Below, piece after piece: positions 11,426-26,400 of a DNA stretch of 64,000 bases. Both the position numbers and the translations under genes were made by a program. A model generated the notes under the pieces. That model had not been told where the DNA came from. It saw only the letters and a program-made list of their open reading frames with translations, and did not search any database. How positions within the stretch are numbered: the first letter of the stretch is position 1; each line of letters begins with the position of its first letter. Source of the stretch: Eledone cirrhosa (taxonomy: Eukaryota); assembly GCA_964016885.1 (NCBI GenBank), contig OZ024742.1:221092001-221156000 (forward strand). Direction: 5' to 3'.

Positions 11426-14400
11426 CTGAAATCAAGATAATAGCATTAGCCCCTTTTATTATCATATTTCTGTTGAAATATGAGATACACTGCTTAGATT
11501 TTCTTAATGTTTTTTTTAAATAATAAAAATAATTGTCTCTACTTTAGGCACAAGGCTAACAATTTGAAGGGGAGGGAAAAGTCGATTACATCGACCCCAA
11601 TGTGTGACTGGTATTTTATTTTATCTACCCTGTAAGGATGAAGGGCAAAGTTAACCTCAACAGCATTTGAACTCGGAATGTAAAGGGCCAAAAATAATTG
11701 TTTCTACTTTTGGCACAAGGCCAGCAATTACCCAGTACATTACTAGAAAAATAATAGGAGGGAATTAGTAAAATAACTTTCTTATTACTTGTTAGTAAGC
11801 TGCTGTTTGGGACATACCTTAATATTACGTATTGCTATTGACTTCATCCTCCTCCTTCTCACGGTTACTACAGCAAACGTCAAACAACACTTGAAATTTT
11901 AAATTTGAATCTAATTTCAAAGCGAAGAGACCGGAACGTTTTGCTCTCAGAGTTCCCTATACTCTGACGAAGGGAATTTTAAGTCCGGAAATATTGGGAC
12001 GAAAGGAAAAAAAAAAGATTACTAGGTCACTGACAGTGTCGTTGCCTTCATCTTACCATCCATTTTGCATTGTTTAGCCTTCTTACATATATCACTTTCC
12101 ACATTATATATTATATGCAATGCTTCAAGCAAACTACAACATTTTATTATAACTTAAAATATTTTGAGATAAAATCATGATAGACATTCTATATTATAAA
12201 AGATAAGCTGATCTCCATCTGTCTGTCCATCACAACATATATGTAGGAGGGAAGAAGAGGAGAAAAGGTTGTTGTGTGAAAGATAAATAGTTTAAACGTA
12301 ATTCAATACTAATGCAACGTCAATAACAAATTGATATATTTCAATATCTTTCATTTGGAAACGTTTTCTCTGAAGTTTACAAAAGTGTTTGTATCCTTCA
12401 AGAAGCACTAAGGTAATACAGACTTCAAAAAGAGATCACACTTATATGTATATAATAATGAAAATTATCGTATACGATGCTCAGAAGCACTACAACTCAT
12501 CAAAGGTGCATGTACAGTACACAGAATAATGAACAAAAGTCAGGAAAGTGAACAGTGTATGAGTCATAATACACACATGCGTGTGTATGGAGGGGGAATA
12601 TCAGGTGTAGTGTTAGTGAATTTCGGAAAGCATGGAAGTTTTGAAGGATACAGTGTCCCAATAGCTAACAAGCAATGTAGGCAATTTGTTCGATGCTTCA
12701 TCAACTCTGAACGTGAGAAAACGTTTCCTAAAAAGTCATGTGCTGTTTATATAATACTTATAGTTATTTTTCTGGTTGCTTCTGTATATGTGTGTATTTT
12801 ACTGGCAGTGTAGCGACGGGTTTTACTAGTTTTAATTTGAATATATTTGTATGTGCACCTTTGATGAGTTGTAATGCATCTGAGCACTGTACACAAGTAC
12901 CAGTAATGCACTGGGTGATTGCTGGCCTTGTGCCTAAAGTAGAAACAATTATTATTGTTATTATGAATTGGCAGTATTGGTGGAGGGTCGGACGCCATGA
13001 TTTCCAGCATAGTTCCGCCCCTTTACGGTCTGAGTTTAAACCCTGCCAAGGTTAATTTTGCCTTTCATCCTTACGGGCCGATAAAATAAAGTACCAGTAA
13101 TGCACCGGGATAATTACTGGCCTTGTACCAAAAAGTAGAAACAATTATTATAAGCCTCTTATAATGGATGGTTTTATATAATAATAATGATAATAATAAT
13201 AATGAAATTATTGTGTAAAGTGCTCAGGTGCACTACAACTTGTCAAAGGTGCATGTATAGTACATAGAATAATACACAAATGTCAGGGAAGTGAATAGTG
13301 TATGAGTCATGGTATACATGTGTGTATGTGTATGGAGGGGGAACATCAGGTGTAGTGTTGGCGAATCTCGGGAATCATGGTGGTTTTAAAGGATGCAGTG
13401 TCTCGACAGCTAACAACTGATGCAGGTAGTTTGTTCCATGCTTCAGCAACTCTGAGCATGAAAAAATGTTTCCGAAAGTCATGGGAACTGTACTGTCTTC
13501 TGACATTGTGGGCATGCCCACGTGTGTTAGACACATGGAAATCAAAAAGGTACTCAGGGTTGTTGTTGGCAAGATGGTTAACAATTTTGTGGGTGTTTAC
13601 CAAGTCAGTTGCCAGGCGTCGGGGCTTCAATGTATCCATGCCCAGGGAAGCAAGGCACTCAGAGTATGGTGGATGCCTGATGGAGGGTATTCGCTTGGTT
13701 GCACGTCTCTGAACAGTTTCCAGGCGGTCAATGTTCTGAGCAAGATAGGGGTTCCAGACTGGTGATGCAAATTCTAAGTGTGGCCGCACCATAGCCATGT
13801 ACAGCCTTAAATAGATAGCTGGAGAGCGGCTGACAAAGGTCTTGCTGAGTGATGCTAAGACACCTTTGGCCCTCTTGGCAATTTTAGAGACGTGCTTCGT
13901 CCAACGCAAATCGCTGCTGACCGTAATGCCCAGATCACGTTCACAAGAAGACTTCTTGATATTAGTGCTGTGGAGGGAGTATGTGGACGCTGGGTTTTTA
14001 CTCCCAAAATGCATGGTGGTGCACTTGTCTATAGCTAGCTTGAGTTGCCAGTCTGAGATCCATTGTTGCATTGTCTCCAGGTCAGACTGCAAGCAAGATC
14101 TATAGTGTTCAGGATCTGTCCTTTTTATCTCAAGGTACAGCTTGATGTCATCTGCGTACTTTAGTACCGTGGCATTCTTTAAGTTGGCATCTATGTCATT
14201 AATATATGCCACAAACAAAAGGGGGCCAAGAAAAGATCCCTGTTGTACACCAGATGACATCTCATATGGTGAGGAATGCTGTCCCAGAACCGTGACTACC
14301 TCTCTTCGACTGAGAATGAAGGACTTCAACCAGTTAAAAAGATCATCCTTCACACCCATTGCAGAGAGTTTTGCCATAAGTCTTTTATGTGGCACAGAAT

Positions 14401-17400
14401 TGAAGGCTTTCGCAAAGTCAAGGTAAACAACATCCACCCATGAGGCGCCATCAGTGATCCGGGTGATGTCCTCAAGAAACTCGATAAGCTGATCACAGCA
14501 GCTGGAGTTGGGGATAAATCCAAATTGCGAGGGGCCGATAAGACTGAGAGCTCCAGAAGTTCCAAAGTGTTTCTCTGACACAGGATTCCATCAGTTTGGC
14601 AATGCAGCTAGTAAGACTGACTGGACGATAGTTCACAGGTGATGTGCGGTCATCCTTTTTGAACAGAGGAATGACACTGGCAGTTTTCCACTGTTCTGGA
14701 GTAGCACTGTTGTTCAGACAGAATTGGAAGAAGCATGATAACTGGTGCAGAAGGAAGTACCCACCACATTTAAGAAGCAGGTACGTAACACCATTAAGAC
14801 CAGGAGAGGCATGGTCAAAATAATGAAACTTGAGTCAGTCTTTCTGAAGTAGTGATGAAAGAATTACTAAGTAAATGTACAAGATTATATAGTTGGTTGG
14901 TATAAAAAAATAGAATTATTTATTTATTAAATGATTCATCAACTTCTATAGGCAGCAAACTGATAGGGACCACTAAGGTGTCAGATAGAATGCTTTGTGG
15001 TATTGATTCCAGTTATCTGCATTCTGAGTTCAAATCCCACCAAGACCAACCTTGCCTTTTATCATTTGGAGGCCACACACAATAAGCCCAGCATGGCTAA
15101 CAAAGAAATCTTTATTTTAGGGTTACTAAATAAAGTATTAATCTAGTGCTGAGGTTGATTTTTCTCTTTCTCTTCAGAAAAAACCCTAGTTATGATCAAA
15201 CCTGAAGAGAAATGGACACTGCCAGGTTTCAAAATACTCAAGACAGCTACATATCATTCTGGTGTCAATATATCTCCACTATTAATTATGGGATCAGAGA
15301 TTTCAGTTTAAACAATGTTTATTGTGGAGTACATAAATATATGAAATATGGAGTACATAAATATATGAAATACCGAAGTTCCACCACGTTTCCAACAAAG
15401 AGTTGCATGCGCTCACGCATTAGCCCGCACCCACCTGCCTCATAGTCATCTGCTGCATGCACTGGTATAGACATGTCCTCTGCCTCCTGCCAGATCAGCC
15501 TACCAGGGCTTTCAATGCAGCAGCTACAGGCTGGAAGAGGCCCCATGGTAAGTCCTGCACCAGATAGCAGGATGTCATCAAGGAAGATCATCAGAAGCTC
15601 AGCATCACCTTGCAGGATGCAGAGGTGTTGGCATAGGACTGCCAGTGATGGAGGGCACTGGTGGACCTGGTTGGCTCCACACATGATGATATCTCTGGGA
15701 TTGCAAACCTAGGATGTGAACCCCCACCTCCAGTCTCATCAAGCAAGAGCAAGAAGACTGAAGTTCCAAGATAAATTGAAGTTCCATGTTTAAGCTTACC
15801 TTCATGGCACTGCCCACACCATTTAAATCCAGTAAGAAAGTATCATGTCCATAGATAGAGTTCAATTCATAATAAGTTACAGATTCATTTCCTTGAGAAA
15901 GAAATAAGAAATTATAATTTTTGTATAGTAATACTAAATGTTTGTGAATAAAATAAATATTTCATAAAAATTATTTTTTATTGTGAAGTCCAGGAGTGGG
16001 GGAACCTTCTCAACCTGAAGAGTTATTTTTAATTGAAAAAATATATTTGAGACCGTCAGAACTATATTATTTTTATGAAGGGCGGTGGATTGGCAGTATC
16101 GGTAGAGGGTCGGACACCATGCTTTCCAGGATAGTTACGTCCCTTTGTGGTCTGAGTTCAAATCCCGCCGAGGTTAACTTTGCCTTTCATCCTTACAGGT
16201 TGGATAAAATAAAGTACCAGTAATGTACTGGGTAATTGATGGCCTTGTGCCAAAAGTAGAAACAATTATTTTTATGAAGAAAAAATACAATGAAGAAAAC
16301 ATGAATTTAGCTTACATTTTTCTTATTCAATGTGGTTTTTGGCATTGAATCTTGTCTGAAATTGCCTGGTCATAAACCATGGCTTTTATTTTGATACAAG
16401 ATTGCAGATTTAATAAAATAAAGATAAATCAGAGCTCCTCTGTGTGTATCAGGTTTAGAATATTCCAGCATGTCATAAGAGGCAACTAAAAGAGTCGGCA
16501 TCTTGTTTACATATGTTTCTACACTCTACAAGTACATAGGGTGCATTTTATCATGGCACTAACACTAGGGATGTTGTCATGTCTTCAACACAGCTGAAGA
16601 GTCCTCTCAATCCACTGGCTAGTTTTCTAAGGTTGGATGCCCTTCCTATCACCAACCACTTTACAGAGTGTACTGGGTGTGTTTATCATATAGATAACCA
16701 ATAAAAGAGAGTGTCACGCCCTTGACACAACTGAAGAGTCTTCTTAAACCTCACATTTACCATTCAACAATAACATTGCATGTAATATCTGACAGAGTGT
16801 GAAAGAGGATAATTGTTGTTAGAAGTTGTGTTGAGGTTTTCATTGACCCACCCTTGCTACTCCATTATAAATAACTAAAAGATTCATAATCGAATAAGAA
16901 TAGGTCAACAGTAGATTGGTTCATATACACCCCACTCACTACCTCTGCTCAGAACTTCCTCTACTGTAGTTTCCTTCCTGTGGCATTTTTGGCACTTCTT
17001 TCCACAATGATTATCATCCATTTGCATCACATGTCCATACCAGTGCAGTCATCTCTCTTACACACAATATTTGATTCCCCTTATACCCAGTTATTCTCTC
17101 AGCTTATCACATCTGTATATCATCACAGTGATCTCTCTTACATGTTATAACTAATTCCTCTTATACCCAATTTTTCTCACAGCTCATCTATGCTTTATTG
17201 TTTATGCACATTAATTGTCCTATATATTTAATATAAATTTAATGTAGATGTAAAACTCAATAGATATGAACTTACCAGCATGTTGTAAGCTTTCAGCTAG
17301 GTTTCTTTGCTGCCAAACAGGGAACAAAATATCTGTTTTTACACCAATAACCATACATGGACAAATCACTCGTGCTAGACCATCATTTAATGAAGCAAAT

Positions 17401-20400
17401 CTATCTCGTATATCAAACAGATCCATTGCCTAGGTAAAAGATATACATATCACCATTATTATTTCATTTCAGCTAACATATGTAATATATTCATATGTTT
17501 GTGTAAACATTAAATCAATCTATACGTATCATCATCATCATCATCACCACCGTTTTACATGGGTTAGACGGGTTGTCCTATTGTGGTCAGCGTCCGGTCG
17601 GCTGACCTTGTCTTGTTCATACGGGAACTGATTCTGGCTTGATTTCTACAGCTAGATGCCCTTCCTAACACCAACCTCATTTACAGTGTTGGGTGCTTTT
17701 TTTGCCGTGGCACCTCCACATCCACTTTTCAGTGGAATGATAGGGACCCCAGTCCTATCATCTCATTTCTACAGCTGAGTAAACTGGAGCAACGTGAAAT
17801 AAAGTGTCTTGCTCAAGGAAACAATACATCACCCGGTCCGAGAATTGAACCCACAACCTTTCGATTGCAAGCCCAATGCTCTAACCACTCAGCCATGTGA
17901 CTTCATGCATATAAAAATATATTCACCAAGACATACATCATTATTATTATTATTGTTGACCTCATTTATTTTGGACTGGATGTTGTGGTACCAACATAAC
18001 TTTACAAAGAAAGGGTAGTGTTGGTGGGAGTGGGAGGGTGGAGTAGGGGTAGTGGGATGGGTGTATATTTGGTTAAGAGGTGCCTACTGACTGTAGGTTT
18101 CGCTTTGTACATAGGCAAGGCGGGTCTTCTGTATTACTGCGCGGCGCCAATGATCTCAGTCCAGTGACATTGACTTAGAGAGGTGCAAGTGTGTAAGGTC
18201 GGAATTTATCAAGTCGTCCCAGGTTTTTCTGGGTCTACCTATTCCGTAACTTTCATCAATTTTGATCGACCTGCACTTTTTTATACAGCTGTCGTCTTTC
18301 ATGCGCATCACGTGACCATACCAACGCAGTCTTCTCTCAAGTAAACAGCATCTGATCCCTCTTATTCCTCATTTCTCACTTAGTTCATTTATGTTTTGTC
18401 GTTCGTGTATATTACTATTACACATCCAACGGAGCATGCATCCTTCATTCCTCTCCAGTCTGCGCAGGTCCTCTGCACACAATGCCCATGTCTCACTGCC
18501 ATGTAACATTGCTGTTCATATACAGGCATCATACAATCTGCCTTTCATTTTTAGAGAGAAACCTTTCGTGGCTAATAGTGGTATAAGCTATCTGAACTTT
18601 TTCTATCCCATTCTGACTCTGGCTACGGTACTTTCAGAGCACACTCCACCACTGCTGATTTTGTCACCCAGGTAACGGAAAGTGTACACTATTTCTATAG
18701 AACCACCTGGGCAATAGAAGCAGCTAGTATCGTGCTACTTATTGCACCTGAGCATCAGCCACATATAAAATCTACATTCTTAGATAGCTTACCTATGATC
18801 CCACTACATTTTTTATGTACCCATAGTTTGCATTTGGGACATAAAATGGAATTTCTGCCTACTCCTTTCCTACACACTGAGCATGGCCATTTCCCAGAGA
18901 GCACCTGTGCCCTATTTTCCTTTCTACATACGAGAACTTTTGTCTCAGACAAGTTAACTTTAAGGCCTTTTGATTCTAGGCCATGCTTCCATGTTTGGAA
19001 TTTCTTCTCTAGTTCAGCCATCGATTCAGCTATGAGAGTTAGATCATCTGTGTATAGAAGTTCCCATGGACAGCCGGTCTTGAACTCCTCTGTTATAGCC
19101 TGAAGGGCAATAATAAATAGGAGGGGGCTAAGGACAGAGCCTTGATGAACACCAACTTTTATGCCAAATTCTTCACTATATTCATTGTTAATTCTAACCT
19201 TGCTGACTGTTTCTTTATACATGGCTTGTATAGCTCTCACAAGCCAGAGAGGAGCTTCAGAGAGCCAAGAAGAGGATCAAGGAGGGCAAGGCTCATGGAG
19301 AAGATGGAGTGGCATCAGAGGTGATGAAGAGGTGTGATTTTGATGATTTCATCCTGGGGTTCTGTAACCGGGCACTGGAGAAAGGAGTTGCCCCGAATCA
19401 GTGGAGGATCAGTAACATCGTCCTAGTGCCAAAGAAGGGAGATCTCTCTAACACCAACAACTACCGGGGGATCTCACTGACGTCACTTGTGGCAAAGACC
19501 CTCAACAGGATGATTCTTAACAGGATCCAGCCTGAGATGGAGAAGAAGCTCAGGGACAACCAGAACGGCTTCAGAGAGGGAAGATCAACCACCAGTCATA
19601 TCCTGATGCTGAGGAGGATATTAGAGGGAGCTAGAGCAAAGTGCCTTCCTGCGGTCATGTTTTCATTGACTTTAGGAAGGCCTTTGATTCTGTGGACCGT
19701 CACTGCCTGATGAAGATCTTACAGGCTTATGGAATCCCCAAGAGGATAGTGGACCTGATATCACTGCTCTACACCAACACCAAAGCCCACGTCATTACAC
19801 CTGATGGGATGACAGAGTTCTTTGAGATACTGGCTGGAGTACTCCAGGGAGATACATTGGCTCCCTACCTTTTTATCATTGTAGTGGACTATTGTATGCG
19901 CCTTGCACTGGAGAAACACCAGGACTCTGGCTTTACTGTAGTACCGGCTCAGAGCAGGAGAGTTAAGGCGAAAAAGGTATCAGATGCTGAATTTGCCGAC
20001 GACATAGTTTTGGTGACAAATACAGTGAAGGAGGCAGAGGATTTGATGCAGGAGGTTGAGACTGTGTCGATGAGTGTGGGGCTGAGAATGAATGAGATTA
20101 AAACAAAATATCTGGTAGCGGGGATCACTAATGTAGGCGGGAAGCCGCTAGAATTGGTTGAGGGCTTCCTATATTTGGGAGCAAAGCCTGGGCGGCGTGC
20201 CACAGCTTCAGATCGGTGTGGAGGTCGGACCTTCGTAAAGACCCGAAAATCCGCCTCTTCATTGCTGTAGTGGAGTCTGTGCTGCTGTACAGGTCTGAGA
20301 CTTGGACACTGACCAAGAAACTCACTCAGATGGTGGATGGGTGCTACACGAGAATGCTGAGGATGGCTCTGAACATTAATCAGTATACACTGAGGATGAA

Positions 20401-23400
20401 AAACTCAGAGCTGTATGGGAGCCTCCCAAAAGTCAGCTCAAAAGTGACACAGAAGAGACTGAGGTTAGCTGGACATGCTCACTGACATCCAGAGTTGACA
20501 TTGCACTCAGTGCTCTTGTGGGAGCCCTTACATGGACACACTGGAAGAGGAAGACCAAGGTTAACGTATGTTGATGCCCTAAGGACAGACACTGGTCTGT
20601 TGGCGACGCAAGACATGGCAGCGATAATGAGGGACAGAGACCGCTGGAGAGAACTCGTCCATGGATCTCGGGAATTTTACCCGCCCTAGATAGATACATA
20701 TATACACATATATACATATACACACATATATATATACATATATACACATATATATATACATATATACACATATATATATATACATATACACACATATATA
20801 TACATATACACACATATATATATACATATACACATATATATATACATATACACATATATATATACATATACACATATATATATATACATACACATATATA
20901 TATATACATACACATATATATATATACATATACACACATATATATATATACATATACACACATATATATATATACATATACACATATATATATACATATA
21001 CACACATATATATATATACATATACACACATATATATATATACACACACATATATACATACACACACATATATACATATACACACATATATATATATACA
21101 CACATATATATATATACATATATACACATATATATATACATATACAAATATATACATATACACATATAAATATATACATATAAATATATACATATACACA
21201 TATCTATATACATATATATATATATATACACATATATATATATATATATTTACACCTATTACTTTAACCCTTTTGTTACTATAATTCTAATGAAAGCGAC
21301 AGGCTATAGTTTACAAATAATTTTTTAAATATCAAAGAATTTTGAGGGATTTAGTAATATAACTTTCTTATGTTTGGGATATAAGCTTCTTATTTAAAAT
21401 TATGATGAAAGGTTTTTTTAGATAACTCTAAATACTTTAAGGGTTAAAAATATTACCAGTAAGTTATTAAAAAAAAGGGAGGTAAAATGGAAAAATATAG
21501 TAGTTTTGCCTTAGATATGTAAAGTAATGAATTAGGATCATATTTCCGGCTGAAACTCTCTCCTTGGTATTCAAGATAATTTTCTATACTGAAAGTCGGA
21601 CATAGTGATGGCTCTTCCAATGGATCTATCCTTTCTCGTCCAAATCTCTTGTTCCATTCAGGTCCACTGCGATATGTCATGGTAGCTATCTCTCTAGGAA
21701 AGAAAACAGTTACTTTTAAACATATAGCAGAGATATCTATAATGTAGTGTAGGTGGGTGTACTGTAGTGTAGTGTGGCTGTGTGTACTGTAGTGTAGTGT
21801 GGCTGTGTGTACTGTAGTGGAGGTGGGTGTACTGTAGTGTGGGTGTGTGTACTGTAGTGTAGTGTGGCTGTGTGTACTGTAGTGTAGTGTGGCTGTGTGT
21901 ACTGTAGTGTAGTGTGGGTGTGTGTACTGTAGTGGAGGTGGGTGTACTGTAGTGTAGGTGGGTGTACTGTAGTGTAGGTGGGTGTACTGTAGTGTAGTGT
22001 GGCTGTGTGTACTGTAGTGTAGTGTGGCTGTGTGTACTGTAGTGTAGTGTGGCTGTGTGTACTGTAGTGGAGGTGGGTGTACTGTAGTGTGGGTGTGTGT
22101 ACTGTAGTGTAGTGTGGCTGTGTGTACTGTAGTGTAGTGTAGCTGTGTGTACTGTAGTGGAGGTGGGTGTACTGTAGTGTAGTGTGGCTGTGTGTACTGT
22201 AGTGTAGTGTAGCTGTGTGTACTGTAGTGGAGGTGGGTGTACTGTAGTGTAGTGTGGCTGTGTGTACTGTAGTGTAGTGTAGCTGTGTGTACTGTAGTGG
22301 AGGTGGGTGTACTGTAGTGTAGTGTGGCTGTGTGTACTGTAGTGTAGTGTAGCTGTGTGTACTGTAGTGGAGGTGGGTGTACTGTAGTGTGGGTGTGTGT
22401 ACTGTAGTGTAGTGTGGCTGTGTGTACTGTAGTGTAGTTTGGCTGTGTGTACTGTAGTGTAGTGTGGGTGTGTGTACTGTAGTGTAGGTGGGTGTACTGT
22501 AGTGTAGGTGGGTGTACTGTAGTGTAGTGTGGCTGTGTGTACTGTAGTCTAGTGTAGCTGTGTGTACTGTAGTGTAGGTGGGTGTACTGTAGTGTAGGTG
22601 GGTGTACTGTACTGTAGTGTGGCTGTGTGTACTGTAGTGTAGTGTGGCTGTGTGTACTGTAGTGGAGGTGGGTGTACTGTAGTGTGGGTGTGTGTACTGT
22701 AGTGTAGTGTAGGTGGGTGTACTGTAGTGTAGTTTGGCTGTGTGTACTGTAGTGTAGTGTGGGTGTGTGTACTGTAGTGGAGGTGGGTGTACTGTAGTGT
22801 AGGTGGGTGTACTGTAGTGTAGTGTGGCTGTGTGTACTGTAGTGTAGTGTGGCTGTGTGTACTGTAGTGGAGGTGGGTGTACTGTAGTGTGGGTGTGTGT
22901 ACTGTAGTATAGTGTAGGTGGGTGTACTGTAGTGTGGGTGTGTGTACTGTAGTGTAGTGTAGGTGGGTGTACTGTAGTGTAGTGTGACTGTGTGTACTGT
23001 AGTGTAGTTTGGCTGTGTGTACTGTAGTGTAGTGTGGGTGTGTGTACTGTAGTGTAGGTGGGTGTACTGTAGTGTAGTGTGGGTGTGTGTAGTGTAGTGT
23101 GGGTGTGTGTACTGTAGTGGAGGTGGGTGGAAGGGTGTGATGTAGTGTAATGTAGTGGAGGTGGGTGGAAGGGTGTGGTGTAGTGTACTGTAGTGGAAGG
23201 CTGTGGTGTAGTGTACTGTAGTGGAGGTGGGTGGAAGGGTGTGATGTAGTGTACTGTAGTGGAGGTGGGTGGAAGGCTGTGGTGTAGTGTACTGTAGTGG
23301 AGGTGGGTGGATGGAAGTGTGTAGTGTAGATGTACTGGCATGGGTAGGTTTCTATACAAATGTGGGATTATATAGTCTCTAGTATAGCTATCGAAGCCAG

Positions 23401-26400
23401 AGGTTCAATGCCACTGTGACAAGCTGGGTAAATGTCATTCCCCACAGACTCACGTTAACCCAAGATTTGTGAGTGAAATTTGGTAGATGGAAACTGTATG
23501 GAAGCCCACTGGATTGTTTGTACCTGTAATTCAGAGGTTCAGACTTGTCAGACTGTGTTCTATTGAATCAACAAGAATTACATTGAAGGTACACGTGACT
23601 GTGGCATGTTCAGACACCTGTAAGATAGACAGTACCTGTAATTCAAAGGGCCTGCCTTGTCACACTGGATCTCCCTGAGAATTATGTTAAAGGTACACAT
23701 GTCTATGGAATGCTCAACCATTTACACTATAATATAAAATAGACTGTGTTTGTAATTCAAAGAGCCAGTTTTATCATATACTGTCACACCGAATCTCCCT
23801 GAGAATCATGTTATGAGTACATGTGTTTGTGGAATGTTCAGTCACTTACATTGAGATTACATGTGTGGAATACTCAGCCACTTGCATGTTAATTTTATGA
23901 ACATGATAGCTATACCATTGAATACTTATCACTAAAGAGTACACATGTTATGGAATACTCAGCCACTTGCATATTAATTTTATGAACATGGAAGCTATAC
24001 CATTGAATACGTATCACTAAAAAGTACCACTGTCTGTGGAATACTCAGCCACCTGCATACAAATTTCACAAACTCTTATTGTCAAAACTGACAGAGGTTT
24101 TACTCTATGCTATTATTTATATAATACCTCATAATAATGGTTTCTACGTTAGGCACAAGGCCAGCAATTACCCAGTGCATTACTGGTACTTTATTTTATC
24201 GACCCCGTAAGGATGAAAGGTAAAGTTAACCTCGGCGACATTTGAACTCAGAATGGCAAGGGCCGTAACTCTATACGTCAAAGCATGGCGTCCGACCCTC
24301 TCCCAATACTGCCATAATAATGGTTTCTTATATAGGCACAAGGCCAGCACGTTGGGGGGAGGGGAAAGTCGATTAAATTGACCCCTAGTGCATGACTGGT
24401 ACTTTATTTTATCGACCCCGTAAGGATGAAAGGCAGAGTTAACCTCGGTGGGATTTGAACTCAGATCATAAAGGGCCGTAACTCTATGCTGCAAAGCATG
24501 GCGTCCAACCCTCTACCGATACTGCCTATCCACCGCCCTAACAATACCTTATAATAATAATAATAAAAATAACTATAACTTTACAAAAGAATGTTTACCG
24601 TGCAAGTTTCATTCCAACTGCTGGATAACTACGGCCATAGTAATGGCCTCCATTCCAGTTAGGATCCATCATGATCATCTTTCGTTGAAGATATCTCATG
24701 GCAATAGATGAAGGATGTGACTGACTGCAGCTCGATATTGAGATCATTCTAAAAGAATGGAGAAGAATTAGATAAGATTAGATAAGTTCATAACACTTTG
24801 TGAACCATCATCATCATCATTATCAGCTTTATGGCAGCCTAGCTTCAGAACATGACAACCTGTCTAACCCATGCAAGCAGGGAAAATAGATTATAAACAG
24901 TGGTGTTGGTGTTGGTAATGGTGGTGGTGATGGTGATGATGATGATGGTGGTGGTGATGATGATGATGATGGTGGTGATATTGATGATGGTGGTGGTGAT
25001 GGTGGCAGTGGTGGTGGTGGTGGTGATGATGATGGAGGTGATGATGGTAGTGGTGATGGCGGTGGTGTTGATGGTGGTGGTGGTGATGATGGTGGTGGTG
25101 ATGATGGTGATAATGATAATGAAAATTATTGTGTACAGTGCTCAGGTGCACTACAACTCACCAGAAAAGATAGCCAAAAGTGCATGTATAGTACATAGAA
25201 TAATGTACAAATGTCAGGAAAGTGTATGAGTCATGATGTACACAACACATACACATGCATGTGTATGGAGTGGAAATATCAGGTGTAGTGTTGGCAAATT
25301 TCAGGAAGAATGGAGGTTTTAAAGAATGCAGTGTCCCAACAGCTAACAACTGATGCTGATAGTTTGTTCCATGCTTCAACAACCCTGAGCATGAAAAAAT
25401 GTTTCCAAAAATCATAGCAGCTTGTACTGTTTTCTGATGATGATGATTTTCTATATTAGCATGGATTACATGAGATTTATTTTTTGTAAAATTCTATGGC
25501 TAGAAATATCCTTCCTGGCACCAACCCTTTTTAGTTATTTCTTATGGCATACAGGATACAGGTGTACCCATTCTAAACCAAGTACACACACAGCATACAT
25601 TAACCTTTTAGCATTTTAACTGGCTGTATCTGGCTAGAGTTCCCTCAACTTTTTCTGTTAAAACTGGCTACTCATACTAACATTAAGGTATTGTTCTCAA
25701 AAAAAATAATATCAAAATCTTGTAGCTTCGATATTGTGTGAAATAAAGCCTTTACTGTGAAAATGCAATAGTAAATATAGAATAATGTAAATGTTAAAGG
25801 GTTAAAGTGACACTCTAAATATTCCTGCTTTGGGCCCTCAACTCATCATAGAGTCGTACAGATGTCATAATGATATACAGCATACCATTGACTGTATTTG
25901 ACCAGCATTTCATTTCCTGAGTTCAAAAGGTTGAAAGGCAAATTTGACTTCAGTTAGATTTGAACACAGAGTACGGAGAACCAGAACAAATAACCGTAAA
26001 GCATCTTATCTGATAATCTAATGACTCTGCTGATTAATTGTCTTACCTAAGATTAGAAATAATTAAATAAAAGAAATGAATTTACCTTCCAATTCTATCA
26101 GGATAAAGTGCTGCTGACATCAATGATATCATACCACCCAGTGATGAACCAAGAACTCCATGTAGCTACGGGACAACAACATTAACATGACTAATATAAT
26201 AAATAGAATACAACAATAACAAGCGTAAACTTTGCAGGGATTTTCACATACTTCATATTTCTAGTTCACTGGCTTTCATTTCCTCCTCCGCCAACCTTAG
26301 CTAGGTTTTCCTTGCTCTTTCCTTCCTCTGCTTCCTTCCACATTCATTTTCATCACTCCTCTCACCCAATCACACTTATCCTTTCTCAACACATGACCTG

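Noticed and set aside
11951-12000. CTGACGA...GAAA hammerhead-like motif
   Set aside because: Stem I does not abut the core, the first stem II pair is mismatched, and there is no adjacent TA tract.
16080-16170. tRNA genes at A/B-box motifs
   Set aside because: No cloverleaf forms; these are heads of multicopy SINEs.
20433-21231. Long Y/I/C/V/M ORFs, and the similar poly-H, poly-M/V and YIYI ORFs at 24.9, 39.1 and 62.8-63.7 kb
   Set aside because: Microsatellite artefacts.
21737-23359. 540-aa T/H/Y/P-rich ORF
   Set aside because: It is the translation of a tandem satellite inside an intron, with no splice or codon evidence.
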